A stretch of DNA of 29,066 bases, from assembly GCA_964521225.1 (NCBI GenBank), contig CAZFQW010000001.1, forward strand, positions 1 through 29,066, given 5' to 3'. A program made the position numbers and the translations under genes. The stretch is from an uncultured Roseobacteraceae bacterium. Lineage in GTDB: Bacteria > Bacteroidota > Bacteroidia > Cytophagales > Flammeovirgaceae. Of this stretch, positions 9,380 to 18,095 are shown piece by piece. Below the pieces are notes generated by a model. That model did no database searches, was not told the DNA's origin, and saw nothing but the letters and a program-made list of their open reading frames with translations. Position 1 is the first letter of the stretch. Every line of letters begins with the position of its first letter.

Positions 9380-9393
9380 TTTCTTTTGCTATT

Positions 9394-9837
9394 TTAAGAG
9401 TTCCAAGGAGCATTACCAGAAACAGTCAGTCCCATGCTTCTGGCAGTGCCAGCTATCATTTTCATTGCGGATTCAACTGTAAAACAGTTTAAATCTGGCA
9501 TTTTAGTTTCAGCTATTTCCTTAACTTGATCCCATGAAACGCTGCCAACTTTTGTACGGTTAGGCTCTGCTGAACCTTTCTTAAGCTTTGCAGCATCCAT
9601 TAAAAGTACTGCGGCAGGAGGAGTCTTAATTACAAAGTCGAAAGACTTATCCGCATATATTGTTATAACTACTGGAAGCACTTGCCCTGCTTTTTCTTGA
9701 GTACGGGCATTAAACTGCTTACAAAAGTCCATAATATTAAGTCCTTTACTACCAAGAGCGGGACCTACAGGTGGTGAAGGGTTTGCAGCACCTCCTTTAA
9801 TCTGCAACTTTAAAAACCCTTTTACTTCTTTTGCCAT
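9394..9837 (-). CDS. rplK: 50S ribosomal protein L11
   Basis: [28 protein letters not shown]. Confidence 0.99.
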   Translation of the reverse strand: MAKEVKGFLKLQIKGGAANPSPPVGPALGSKGLNIMDFCKQFNARTQEKAGQVLPVVITIYADKSFDFVIKTPPAAVLLMDAAKLKKGSAEPNRTKVGSVSWDQVKEIAETKMPDLNCFTVESAMKMIAGTARSMGLTVSGNAPWNS

Positions 9838-9841
9838 CTTT

Positions 9842-10414
9842 TTATTCTACTTTTTCTACTTGTGAGTAATTCAATTCAACAGGTGTATTTCTACCAAAGA
9901 TTTTTACCATTACATTGAGTTTTTTCTTTTCCTCAAATACCTCTTCAATTACACCTGTGAATCCATTGAATGGTCCATCTATTACTTTTACCTCTTCGCT
10001 TACTAAGTAAGTCGTGTCATCAGTAACTTCAAATTCATTCGTTTCGTTAACCTTCCCGAGAATTCTGTTAATTTCAGCTTCTCTCATTGGTTTGGGGAGC
10101 TGCGTACTATCTTGCCCATCAACGGTTAGGAAACCAATAATACCAGGTATTCCTTTAATAAGGTGCATAACTTCTCCGTGAGTGACATCGGCTCTTACTA
10201 TTACATAACCGGGGAAGTAGTTTTTTTCTACAGCTACCTTCTTGGTTTTTCCATCTTTCATTTTCCTTGCTTGAAGGACTTTATGTGAAGGAACTAAAAC
10301 CTCAGTTACATAATCACTTAATCCATAATTAGCAATCTCTTTTTCTAAGTATGCTTTTACTTTTTTTTCTTGACCGCTAATCGCCCTGACAACGTACCAA
10401 TTCAAATCACTCAT
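9842..10414 (-). CDS. nusG: Transcription termination/antitermination factor NusG
   Basis: [23 protein letters not shown] motif [21 protein letters not shown]; ATG at 10414. Confidence 0.98.
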   Translation of the reverse strand: MSDLNWYVVRAISGQEKKVKAYLEKEIANYGLSDYVTEVLVPSHKVLQARKMKDGKTKKVAVEKNYFPGYVIVRADVTHGEVMHLIKGIPGIIGFLTVDGQDSTQLPKPMREAEINRILGKVNETNEFEVTDDTTYLVSEEVKVIDGPFNGFTGVIEEVFEEKKKLNVMVKIFGRNTPVELNYSQVEKVE

Positions 10415-10429
10415 CACAAAAGATGTTAT

Positions 10430-10624
10430 TTAGAAAGAAGCGTAATAGGCATCTAAGCCTGTTCTGAATACAAAGTCCATTAGTCCTATTAGTAAAGCAA
10501 AAATTAATGATGCCACTAAAACTAAAACAGAACTTTCTTGTAATTCAGAGTAGGTTGACCATGTAACATTTTCAACCATTTCTGTTTTCGATTCTTTCAG
10601 GAATGTTGTTAATTTCTTAAACAT
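10430..10624 (-). CDS. secE: Preprotein translocase subunit SecE
   Basis: EMVENVTWST motif plus one TM helix; between tRNA-Trp and nusG. Confidence 0.95.
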   Translation of the reverse strand: MFKKLTTFLKESKTEMVENVTWSTYSELQESSVLVLVASLIFALLIGLMDFVFRTGLDAYYASF

Positions 10625-10661
10625 AACTTTAAATTAATGGGTAAAACCCCATAAATAATAG

Positions 10662-10734
<73 letters not shown>

Positions 10735-10753
10735 ATATCCATCTTCCCTAAAG

Positions 10754-10767
10754 GGAGTGCAAAATTA
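10754..10767 (-). promoter_or_regulatory. Bacteroidota housekeeping promoter -7 element for tRNA-Trp-secE-nusG-rplKAJL
   Basis: Minus strand TAATTTTGCACTCC; the -33 element is degenerate. Confidence 0.75.
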
Positions 10768-10852
10768 AATAAACTGAATTGAATTAAAAAGGATAAGTAG
10801 TAAATTTTTCTACTTACTTTCCTGAAAAAGAAGAGTTTAGGATGAAATAAAG

Positions 10853-10882
10853 AAAAAACCCCGTTAATTTCTTAACAGGGTT
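10853..10882 (-). terminator. Intrinsic terminator after tuf
   Basis: Minus strand AACCCTGTTAA-gaaa-TTAACGGGGTTTTTT. Confidence 0.75.
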
Positions 10883-10910
10883 CTGTATTTATATATTTCC
10901 AGAGGAAATA

Positions 10911-12098
10911 TTATTCTATAATATCAGTTACTTGACCTGCACCTACTGTGCGACCACCTTCACGAATTGCAAAACGAAGACCAGCTTCCATTGCAATTTC
11001 TTTCTGTAGATTTACTGTAATAGATACGTTATCGCCAGGCATAACCATTTCAACACCTTCTTCAAGGATAATTTCACCAGTTACATCAGTGGTACGGAAG
11101 TAAAACTGTGGGTTGTAACCTTTGAAGAAAGGAGTATGACGTCCACCTTCATCTTTAGAAAGTACGTAAACTTCTGCTTTGAATTTAGTGTGAGGTTTTA
11201 CACTACCTGGTTTACAAATAACCATTCCGCGACGGATTTGCTCTTTATCAACACCACGAAGTAATAAACCTACATTGTCACCAGCTTCACCACGGTCAAG
11301 AATTTTACGGAACATCTCAACACCAGTAATGGTGGAAGTAAGAGATTCTGCTCCCATACCGATGATTTCAACTGGGTCGCCAGAATTAATGATTCCTCTC
11401 TCGATACGACCTGTGGCAACGGTACCACGACCTGTAATTGAGAATACATCTTCAACTGGCATCAAGAAAGGCTTATCAGTAACACGTGGCGGAATTGGAA
11501 TATGTGCATCAACTGCTTCCATTAGCTCCATTACCGTGGCTGCCCATTTCTCTTCGCCATTCAATGCACCTAATGCGGAACCTTGAACAACTGGGATATT
11601 ATCACCATCAAACTCATAGAAAGAAAGTAGCTCACGGATTTCCATCTCTACTAATTCTAAAAGCTCTTCGTCGTCTACCATGTCAACTTTATTCATAAAC
11701 ACAACAATAGCAGGAACACCTACTTGGCGTGCTAAAAGAATATGCTCACGGGTCTGAGGCATAGGACCATCAGTAGAAGCAACAACTAGAATTGCACCGT
11801 CCATTTGCGCTGCACCAGTAACCATGTTTTTCACATAATCAGCGTGACCAGGACAGTCAACGTGCGCGTAATGGCGAGTAGCTGTTTGATATTCTACGTG
11901 TGAAGTATTAATGGTAATACCTCTTTCTTTTTCTTCAGGAGCATTGTCAATTGAAGAGAAATCACGTACTTCAGATAAACCAGCATCTGCTAATACTTTA
12001 GTAATCGCCGCTGTCAAAGTTGTTTTTCCGTGGTCAACGTGACCGATTGTACCTATATTTAAGTGAGGTTTTGAACGGTCAAAAGTTTCTTTAGCCAT
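10911..12098 (-). CDS. tuf: Elongation factor Tu
   Basis: [44 protein letters not shown]; true start MAKETF at 12098 (the track extension overlaps tRNA-Thr). Confidence 0.99.
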   Translation of the reverse strand: MAKETFDRSKPHLNIGTIGHVDHGKTTLTAAITKVLADAGLSEVRDFSSIDNAPEEKERGITINTSHVEYQTATRHYAHVDCPGHADYVKNMVTGAAQMDGAILVVASTDGPMPQTREHILLARQVGVPAIVVFMNKVDMVDDEELLELVEMEIRELLSFYEFDGDNIPVVQGSALGALNGEEKWAATVMELMEAVDAHIPIPPRVTDKPFLMPVEDVFSITGRGTVATGRIERGIINSGDPVEIIGMGAESLTSTITGVEMFRKILDRGEAGDNVGLLLRGVDKEQIRRGMVICKPGSVKPHTKFKAEVYVLSKDEGGRHTPFFKGYNPQFYFRTTDVTGEIILEEGVEMVMPGDNVSITVNLQKEIAMEAGLRFAIREGGRTVGAGQVTDIIE

Positions 12099-12157
12099 CT
12101 TTTTAGTGCTATTAAGTAATAATAAATTTAATAAAGCTAGAGTATGTAAAAGTATAG

Positions 12158-12229
<72 letters not shown>

Positions 12230-12236
12230 AATATCG

Positions 12237-12309
12237 AGCGGGAGACGAGGCTCGAACCCGCGACCTACAGCTTGGAAGGCTGTCGCTCTACCAACTGAGC
12301 TACTCCCGC
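12237..12309 (-). tRNA. tRNA-Gly (TCC)
   Basis: GCGGGAG...CTCCCGC acceptor stem, ACAGC-CT-TCC-AA-GCTGT anticodon arm. Confidence 0.96.
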
Positions 12310-12330
12310 TTGTTTTCATCCAAATTAAAG

Positions 12331-12411
12331 TGGGGGGAGCAGGATTCGAACCTGCGAAGCCGAAGCAACGGATTTACAGTCCGTCCCATTTGACCGCTCT
12401 GGAATCCCCCC
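12331..12411 (-). tRNA. tRNA-Tyr (GTA)
   Basis: GGGGGGA...TCCCCCC acceptor stem, ACGGA-CT-GTA-AA-TCCGT anticodon arm, long variable arm. Confidence 0.96.
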
Positions 12412-12434
12412 TTTATATACCTTTATATAAATTT

Positions 12435-12471
12435 GGAGTGCAAAACTATATTCTTTTTTTTTAAGTACAAA
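12435..12471 (-). promoter_or_regulatory. Housekeeping promoter of the tRNA-tuf operon
   Basis: TTTG(12471-12468)-N19-TAGTTTTG(12448-12441)-CACTCC; matches the Bacteroidota consensus. Confidence 0.85.
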
Positions 12472-12613
12472 CATTTTATTAAAATAATTATTTTTATCTC
12501 TTCAAGATACTTCCTATTCATTCTGAATACGTTAGGCGTATCCCCTTATTATTGTTTTCTTTTGCAAGAAACTAATATTATTCGATACATATAAGGCACT
12601 TATTTATTTCATT

Positions 12614-13912
12614 ATGGTTTCAACCAATACACCTCCAATTAATACAATATCATACGCAGAGTCTTTAGATAATAGCGATAATTTAAGTGGTTTCAGAGAA
12701 AGGTTTTACCTCCCTTTACACAATGGAGAACCGTGTGTTTATTTCTGCGGAAATTCTTTAGGCTTACAGCCCAAGTCTTTATCTACTTATGTAGATAAGG
12801 ATTTAAATCAATGGAAAGACTTAGGTGTGGAAGGGCATTTTAAAAGTGAAACACCTTGGCTTACTGCCCACAAACCACTTGCTCCCTCTATTGCCAAAAT
12901 AGTAGGTGCTTTGGAAAGTGAAGTAGTAGCAATGAATACGCTTACTGTAAACCTTCATTTAATGATGGTTTCATTTTACCGGCCAAAAGGTAAACGGTTT
13001 AAAATTTTAATGGAGCCGGGCGCATTCCCCTCAGACCAATATGCAGTGGAATCTCAAGTAAAATTTCATGGGTTAGACCCGAAAGAGGCTATCATCACTT
13101 TTGAACCTAAAGAGGGCGAAGAAATACTCGATTTAGAGGAGATGATTAACACCATTCAGCAGCATAAAGATGAATTAGCACTTATATTAATGGGTGGCGT
13201 AAATTACTACACTGGGCAATATTTCCCTTTGAAAGAAATTACAGAGGCAGGACATAGAGCAGGTGCATTGGTAGGCTTTGACTTAGCACATGCAGTAGGT
13301 AATGTGCCTCTACAACTTCATAATTGGAATGTTGATTTTGCTGTTTGGTGTACTTATAAGTACTTAAACTCTAGTCCTGGTGGTATTTCAGGAATTTTTG
13401 TTCACGAGAAACATGGAAATAATAAAGATATACCGCGTTTTGCAGGTTGGTGGGGACATAACGAGGAGGAGCGCTTCTTAATGAAAGAAGGCTTTATCCC
13501 AATGCATGGTGCCGAAGGTTGGCAATTAAGCAACGTTCCTGTATTAATTATGGCAGCTCATAAGGCTTCTTTAGATATTTTTGATGAAGCAGGCATGCAT
13601 CGTTTAATTGCAAAAAGTAGAAAACTAACTGGCTACTTAGAATCTTTAGTTGAACTCCTCAATAAAGAACAAGATAAAATTGATATTTCCAGTATCACCC
13701 CGAAAGATATTGAAGCCCGTGGGTGTCAGCTTTCATTGGTTTTAAGCATACATGGGAAGCTGGCATTTAAATATCTCTCTGAAAATGGGGTAGTTGCCGA
13801 TTGGCGAGAACCCAATGTAATCAGAGTTGCCCCTGTGCCTTTGTATAATAATTTTACGGATGTGTTTAAGTTTTATAGAATTTTGAAAGATGCGATAGAA
13901 AATATTTCATAA
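12614..13912 (+). CDS. kynU: Kynureninase (PLP-dependent)
   Basis: YFCGNSLGLQP, MNTLTVNLHL, FPSDQYA, FDLAHAVGN, WCTYKYLNSSPG, GWQLSN, RVAPVPLYN. Confidence 0.96.
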   Translation: MVSTNTPPINTISYAESLDNSDNLSGFRERFYLPLHNGEPCVYFCGNSLGLQPKSLSTYVDKDLNQWKDLGVEGHFKSETPWLTAHKPLAPSIAKIVGALESEVVAMNTLTVNLHLMMVSFYRPKGKRFKILMEPGAFPSDQYAVESQVKFHGLDPKEAIITFEPKEGEEILDLEEMINTIQQHKDELALILMGGVNYYTGQYFPLKEITEAGHRAGALVGFDLAHAVGNVPLQLHNWNVDFAVWCTYKYLNSSPGGISGIFVHEKHGNNKDIPRFAGWWGHNEEERFLMKEGFIPMHGAEGWQLSNVPVLIMAAHKASLDIFDEAGMHRLIAKSRKLTGYLESLVELLNKEQDKIDISSITPKDIEARGCQLSLVLSIHGKLAFKYLSENGVVADWREPNVIRVAPVPLYNNFTDVFKFYRILKDAIENIS

Positions 13913-13915
13913 AGT

Positions 13916-15331
13916 ATGTCAAATCTCATAGAGCTTTTAAACCAAAACTTCCCCTATACTCCTACAAAAGGGCAAGAAGAGACCTTTAATCTCCTCAGTA
14001 AATTTATTCAGGATAAAGAGGAAGAAAAGCCCACTTTCTTATTAAAGGGATATGCAGGTACTGGTAAAACAACATTAATTTCTTCTGTTGTAAAAGCACT
14101 GAGGTACGTTACCTTTAAATATCAGCTTTTAGCGCCAACAGGCAGAGCGGCCAAAGTGATGTCTTCTTATGCTAAAAGAAAAGCTTTTACAATTCATAAA
14201 ATCATTTATAAACCAGAAGAAGATAATACTTCTGGTTATATACGTTTTGTAAGGCAATCTAATACACATAAAAAAACAATTTTTATAGTGGATGAAGCCT
14301 CTATGGTGGGTCATTATGGTGCATCAAGTTCACGTAGCCTTTTAGCAGAACTTATCAGTTTTGTTTTTGAAAATGAAGAAGCTGGCAATAAATTAATTTT
14401 GGTAGGCGATACCGCTCAACTTCCTCCAGTACATCAAACCGTTAGCCCTGCTTTAGATATAGATACACTTTCAAATTTCGGGCTGTCTATTACTGCAACT
14501 GAGCTTCATGAAGTAGTGCGCCAAGAACAAGATTCTGGCATTTTAGCCAATGCTACTCAGCTAAGGGAGCAAATTAGGAAAGATTCTTTTGGACTCAAGA
14601 TAAGTACAAAGAGCTATAAAGATATTTATAGAATGAATGACCAAAAACTTGAAGATGGCTTAAGGTATGCTTACAATAAATTTGGCATCGAAAATACTTG
14701 CATAGTTTGTAGATCAAACAGAGAAGCTACTCAATTTAATAAGATGATTCGTTCTCAGATTCACATGAGTGAAGAAGAAATTGATGCAGGAGATTTTTTG
14801 ATGATTGTTAAAAATAACTATCATTGGCTTCCTCCCGATTCTCCTTCTGGTTTTTTAGCAAATGGCGAATTTGTCCAAATACAGAGAGTGAATAATATTG
14901 AGGAAATTCATGGCTTCCGATTTGCTGACCTTACGTTACAAATGGTCGATTACCCGGAGCATCCTGCATTTGAAGCCAAGGTGCACCTCAATACGCTTCA
15001 TTCATTTAAACCGAATTTAAGTACTGAAGAACAGGAAGAACTTTTTGCCAATGTAATTCAGTCGTATGTGCAGCAGCAAGGCAGCGAGCAGTTAAAAATA
15101 AATGAAATTATCCAGAACGACGAATATCTGAATGCCCTACAAATTAAATTTGCCTATGCACTAACATGCCACAAGTCGCAAGGGGGGCAGTGGGATGCCG
15201 TATTTGTAAATATGGGCTTTATAAAAGAGGAAATGTACAACATTGAATGGCTCAGGTGGTTATACACTGCGTTCACTCGTGCAACAACAGAGTTGTATCT
15301 AGTAAACTTTCTACCACAGTTTTTTCGTTAA
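13916..15331 (+). CDS. RecD-like SF1 helicase/AAA ATPase
   Basis: GYAGTGKT, LAPTGRAAK, VDEASM, GDTAQLPPV, YALTCHKSQGGQW, WLYTAFTRA. Confidence 0.92.
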   Translation: MSNLIELLNQNFPYTPTKGQEETFNLLSKFIQDKEEEKPTFLLKGYAGTGKTTLISSVVKALRYVTFKYQLLAPTGRAAKVMSSYAKRKAFTIHKIIYKPEEDNTSGYIRFVRQSNTHKKTIFIVDEASMVGHYGASSSRSLLAELISFVFENEEAGNKLILVGDTAQLPPVHQTVSPALDIDTLSNFGLSITATELHEVVRQEQDSGILANATQLREQIRKDSFGLKISTKSYKDIYRMNDQKLEDGLRYAYNKFGIENTCIVCRSNREATQFNKMIRSQIHMSEEEIDAGDFLMIVKNNYHWLPPDSPSGFLANGEFVQIQRVNNIEEIHGFRFADLTLQMVDYPEHPAFEAKVHLNTLHSFKPNLSTEEQEELFANVIQSYVQQQGSEQLKINEIIQNDEYLNALQIKFAYALTCHKSQGGQWDAVFVNMGFIKEEMYNIEWLRWLYTAFTRATTELYLVNFLPQFFR

Positions 15332-15371
15332 CTTTGGGTTGAAACCTAATTTCATTTATAAAAATAGTTCT

Positions 15372-15782
15372 ATGAAAAAGATTAACTTTTTGGCGTTTAG
15401 CCTTTTGTTTCTACTACTTAATTTGAATGTACAGGCGCAAGAAACAGCTCCTAAAATTAAGTTTGCGGTAAGTACACACGAATTTGGTGATATTTATCAA
15501 GGAGATGTTGTAGCGCATACTTTCACTTTTGAGAACACTGGTAATGCCCCTCTAGTGCTTACCAATGTGGCTACTACCTGCGGGTGTACTGCCCCCGAGT
15601 GGCCTCGTGAGCCTATCATACCGGGCGAAACTGCAGAGATTTTAATCAAATTCAACAGTACGGGTAAAATGGGGATTCAAAATAAAGTGATTACTATTTT
15701 TTCTAATGCTTCAAACCCTCAAGAAAGAATTAGTATCACTGCGAATATACTTCCTAAGAAAAAAACCACAGGAAGTAACTAA
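15372..15782 (+). CDS. DUF1573 domain secreted protein
   Basis: Signal peptide; FTFENTGNAPLVLTNVATTCGCTAPEWPREPI; ATG at 15372 preferred over TTG at 15339. Confidence 0.9.
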   Translation: MKKINFLAFSLLFLLLNLNVQAQETAPKIKFAVSTHEFGDIYQGDVVAHTFTFENTGNAPLVLTNVATTCGCTAPEWPREPIIPGETAEILIKFNSTGKMGIQNKVITIFSNASNPQERISITANILPKKKTTGSN

Positions 15783-15907
15783 AAATAGCAGATGTTCTTT
15801 ATTTAGGATTTACAAACTAAGGACTTGCCCTAATTTAATTTGAGGAGAATCCTCTCATTTCCAGATGTTTATCTCATATTAAACACCATTTAATTTTGTT
15901 CGAGTAC

Positions 15908-16303
15908 TTACGAATGGTTACTGTCTAATCTAAATTGATAGAAAGCATACGCTAACTGTAACCAACCTAGAATAAGAAAAACACCCCCTATGGGTGCAAT
16001 TGCTCCTAAAACCCCAAGATTGGTAAAGCATAAAGTATACAAAGAGCCAGAAAAAATTAGTAGCCCTATACCAATAAAAAGCCCGGCTCTTTGTATTAGC
16101 TTATTGTCAAAAATATGCTGAGCTAAACCAATACAAAATAGGGCGAGCGTATGGTAAAAGTGATAGCTAACCGCTGTTTGGTAAGTTGTCGCTTTTTGAT
16201 TTTGGAGTAGAAAGTCTTTGAGCGCATGTGCACCAAAGGCACCTAATCCTACCGCAACAGCCCCTGAAATTGCCACAAAGATTAATAGGGTTCTTGTATT
16301 CAT
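15908..16303 (-). CDS. DUF423 family small membrane protein
   Basis: AVGLGAFGAHAL, TAVSYHFYH, IFSGSLY, APIGG; start MNTRTLL at 16303. Confidence 0.92.
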   Translation of the reverse strand: MNTRTLLIFVAISGAVAVGLGAFGAHALKDFLLQNQKATTYQTAVSYHFYHTLALFCIGLAQHIFDNKLIQRAGLFIGIGLLIFSGSLYTLCFTNLGVLGAIAPIGGVFLILGWLQLAYAFYQFRLDSNHS

Positions 16304-16401
16304 TTTTGTTATTTTGATAGCGTGCTTGTTAAGAGTGTTTTTTAACAAGTACAATAAATAAAATCTGTGAAAAGGTGCTTTTAATTCAAATATTAAATCT
16401 A

Positions 16402-16815
16402 ATGAAAAAGTTATTCGGAATTCTCTTTTTATTATTCGGTGTTAATTTTTTGGCATGTTCGCAGTCAGCGGTTTATATCTATAAAAATGTGAAAGATGGA
16501 AAAGGCGATTTCATGAGTGTAAGAAACATGCCTAACCAAATGGACGCTGAGTTTATGGCGAAGCAAAAGCTTACCGAGCTTGTAAACGATGATTTAATGA
16601 TTATTAAAGGTGCTGCTACAGGGAAAACAGGTCATGGCGTGGTTGTAATGGCTACCTTACAATTAGGAACAGGCAAAAGTATGAATATTTATGGTGCTGG
16701 CTTAGGCTTTACTAGCGAACAACTTGCTACACAAGCGGCAGTAACAAGCTTAAAACGATTGAACCCTGAGTGGACTACTGGGAAATATACAATTATTCAA
16801 AAATTTATTGATTAA
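16402..16815 (+). CDS. Hypothetical lipoprotein
   Basis: MKK + hydrophobic core + FLAC lipobox; stop codon abuts the ispF ATG. Confidence 0.7.
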   Translation: MKKLFGILFLLFGVNFLACSQSAVYIYKNVKDGKGDFMSVRNMPNQMDAEFMAKQKLTELVNDDLMIIKGAATGKTGHGVVVMATLQLGTGKSMNIYGAGLGFTSEQLATQAAVTSLKRLNPEWTTGKYTIIQKFID

Positions 16816-17301
16816 ATGTCTTTTAATATACGAATTGGGCAAGGCTACGATGTACATCAGCTTGCGAAAGGTGAAGAGTTTTGGTTGGGAGGAATTTTAG
16901 TTGAACATACCCACGGTGCAGTGGGGCACTCCGATGCCGACGTGTTAATCCATGTAATTTGTGACGCGCTTTTAGGTGCTGCTGCCTTGCGTGATATTGG
17001 CTATCACTTTTCTGATACAGACCCGCAATACAAAGGTATTGATAGTAAAATATTACTAAAAGAAGTTTTGCTTCTCATTCGTAATGCGGGATACGAAGTG
17101 GGTAATGTAGACGCTACAATTTGTTTACAAAGACCGAAGATTAACCCTTATATCCCAAAAATGCAAAAGTGCTTAGCAGCGATAATGCAAATTCACCAAG
17201 AAGATATTTCTTTAAAGGCGACTACCACTGAAAAGCTTGGTTTTGTAGGGAAAGAAGAAGGCATTGCGGCGCATGCAGTTGCTCTGATTTATAAAAAATA
17301 A
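16816..17301 (+). CDS. ispF: 2-C-methyl-D-erythritol 2,4-cyclodiphosphate synthase
   Basis: RIGQGYDVH, GHSDADV, GDIG-like RDIG, KATTTEKLGFVGKEEGIAA. Confidence 0.98.
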   Translation: MSFNIRIGQGYDVHQLAKGEEFWLGGILVEHTHGAVGHSDADVLIHVICDALLGAAALRDIGYHFSDTDPQYKGIDSKILLKEVLLLIRNAGYEVGNVDATICLQRPKINPYIPKMQKCLAAIMQIHQEDISLKATTTEKLGFVGKEEGIAAHAVALIYKK

Positions 17302-17302
17302 A

Positions 17303-17331
17303 AGGGATTAAGATTGAAACCCTTAATCCCT
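17303..17331. terminator. Likely bidirectional terminator between ispF and yceI
   Basis: AGGGATTAAG-N9-CTTAATCCCT, a 10-bp stem between convergent genes. Confidence 0.7.
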
Positions 17332-17366
17332 CTTTAAAACATTAACTGTATTTATGTGGTATACAT

Positions 17367-17960
17367 TTAATTGTTCGCTACCAAGCTTACCTCTAGCGTG
17401 AAATCATCATAAATAGTTTTATCCCCTAAATTATCAAAAAAACTTCCTGAACCATAACGAATGTCATACTCCGTTCTATCTACAACGATTGTTGCATTAG
17501 CTGTTACTTTTCCTCCATCTTCAGCGATAGTTGCAGGGAATTTAATTTCTTTTGTAGTACCTTTAATTGTTAAGTCGCCTGTTATCTTGTAATTGTTTTC
17601 ACCTTGCCATACAGCTTTTGTGATTTTTAAGTTAGCTGTTCCATGGTTAGCAACCCCAAAGAAATCATCAGACTTTAAGTGACCTAATAATTTTTCTGCT
17701 GTACCGCCCGATAGATCTGTACAAGTAATTGAACTCATGTCTATTTCAAAAGAACCCCCTGTTACTTTATTTCCATCCATCTCTAGGTTTCCGTTTGCAA
17801 CACTGATATTACCTGTGTGCTCGCCTGTTACTTTTTTACCCGTCCATACAATGCTACTTGCAGAAGTATCGACATTATAAACAGTCGGTTTTTCGCTTGT
17901 AAATGCAAAGCTTAGTAAAATAACTAAAGATGGTAGTGCAATTTTCTGAAACTTTTTCAT
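17367..17960 (-). CDS. YceI family lipid/polyisoprenoid-binding protein
   Basis: Signal peptide; SIVWTGKKVTGEHTG, HLKSDDFF, GDLTIKG, DRTEYDIRYGS. Confidence 0.93.
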   Translation of the reverse strand: MKKFQKIALPSLVILLSFAFTSEKPTVYNVDTSASSIVWTGKKVTGEHTGNISVANGNLEMDGNKVTGGSFEIDMSSITCTDLSGGTAEKLLGHLKSDDFFGVANHGTANLKITKAVWQGENNYKITGDLTIKGTTKEIKFPATIAEDGGKVTANATIVVDRTEYDIRYGSGSFFDNLGDKTIYDDFTLEVSLVANN

Positions 17961-17997
17961 TTTAGAATTTCGATTTAAGTAAATATTTTAAATAAAA

Positions 17998-18013
17998 TAT
18001 TGTATATACAATA
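17998..18013. promoter_or_regulatory. Perfect 16-bp palindrome, candidate repressor operator upstream of yceI
   Basis: TATTGTATATACAATA, 37 bp upstream of the yceI start. Confidence 0.6.
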
Positions 18014-18095
18014 ATAGTATAAACATACAACAGAATGAACACAAAAATGTTCATTTAATGCAAACATTTTTTGCTTTTTATTTCTCAGGTTGAAC

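Noticed and set aside
10795-10822. AAGTAG...CTACTT short hairpin upstream of the tRNA-Trp promoter
   Set aside because: Six-bp AT-rich stem with no U-tract; likely chance.
18034-18055. AATGAACA-N6-TGTTCATT hairpin after the GH3 gene
   Set aside because: AT-rich and lacks a U-tract on the minus strand, so it cannot be called a terminator.
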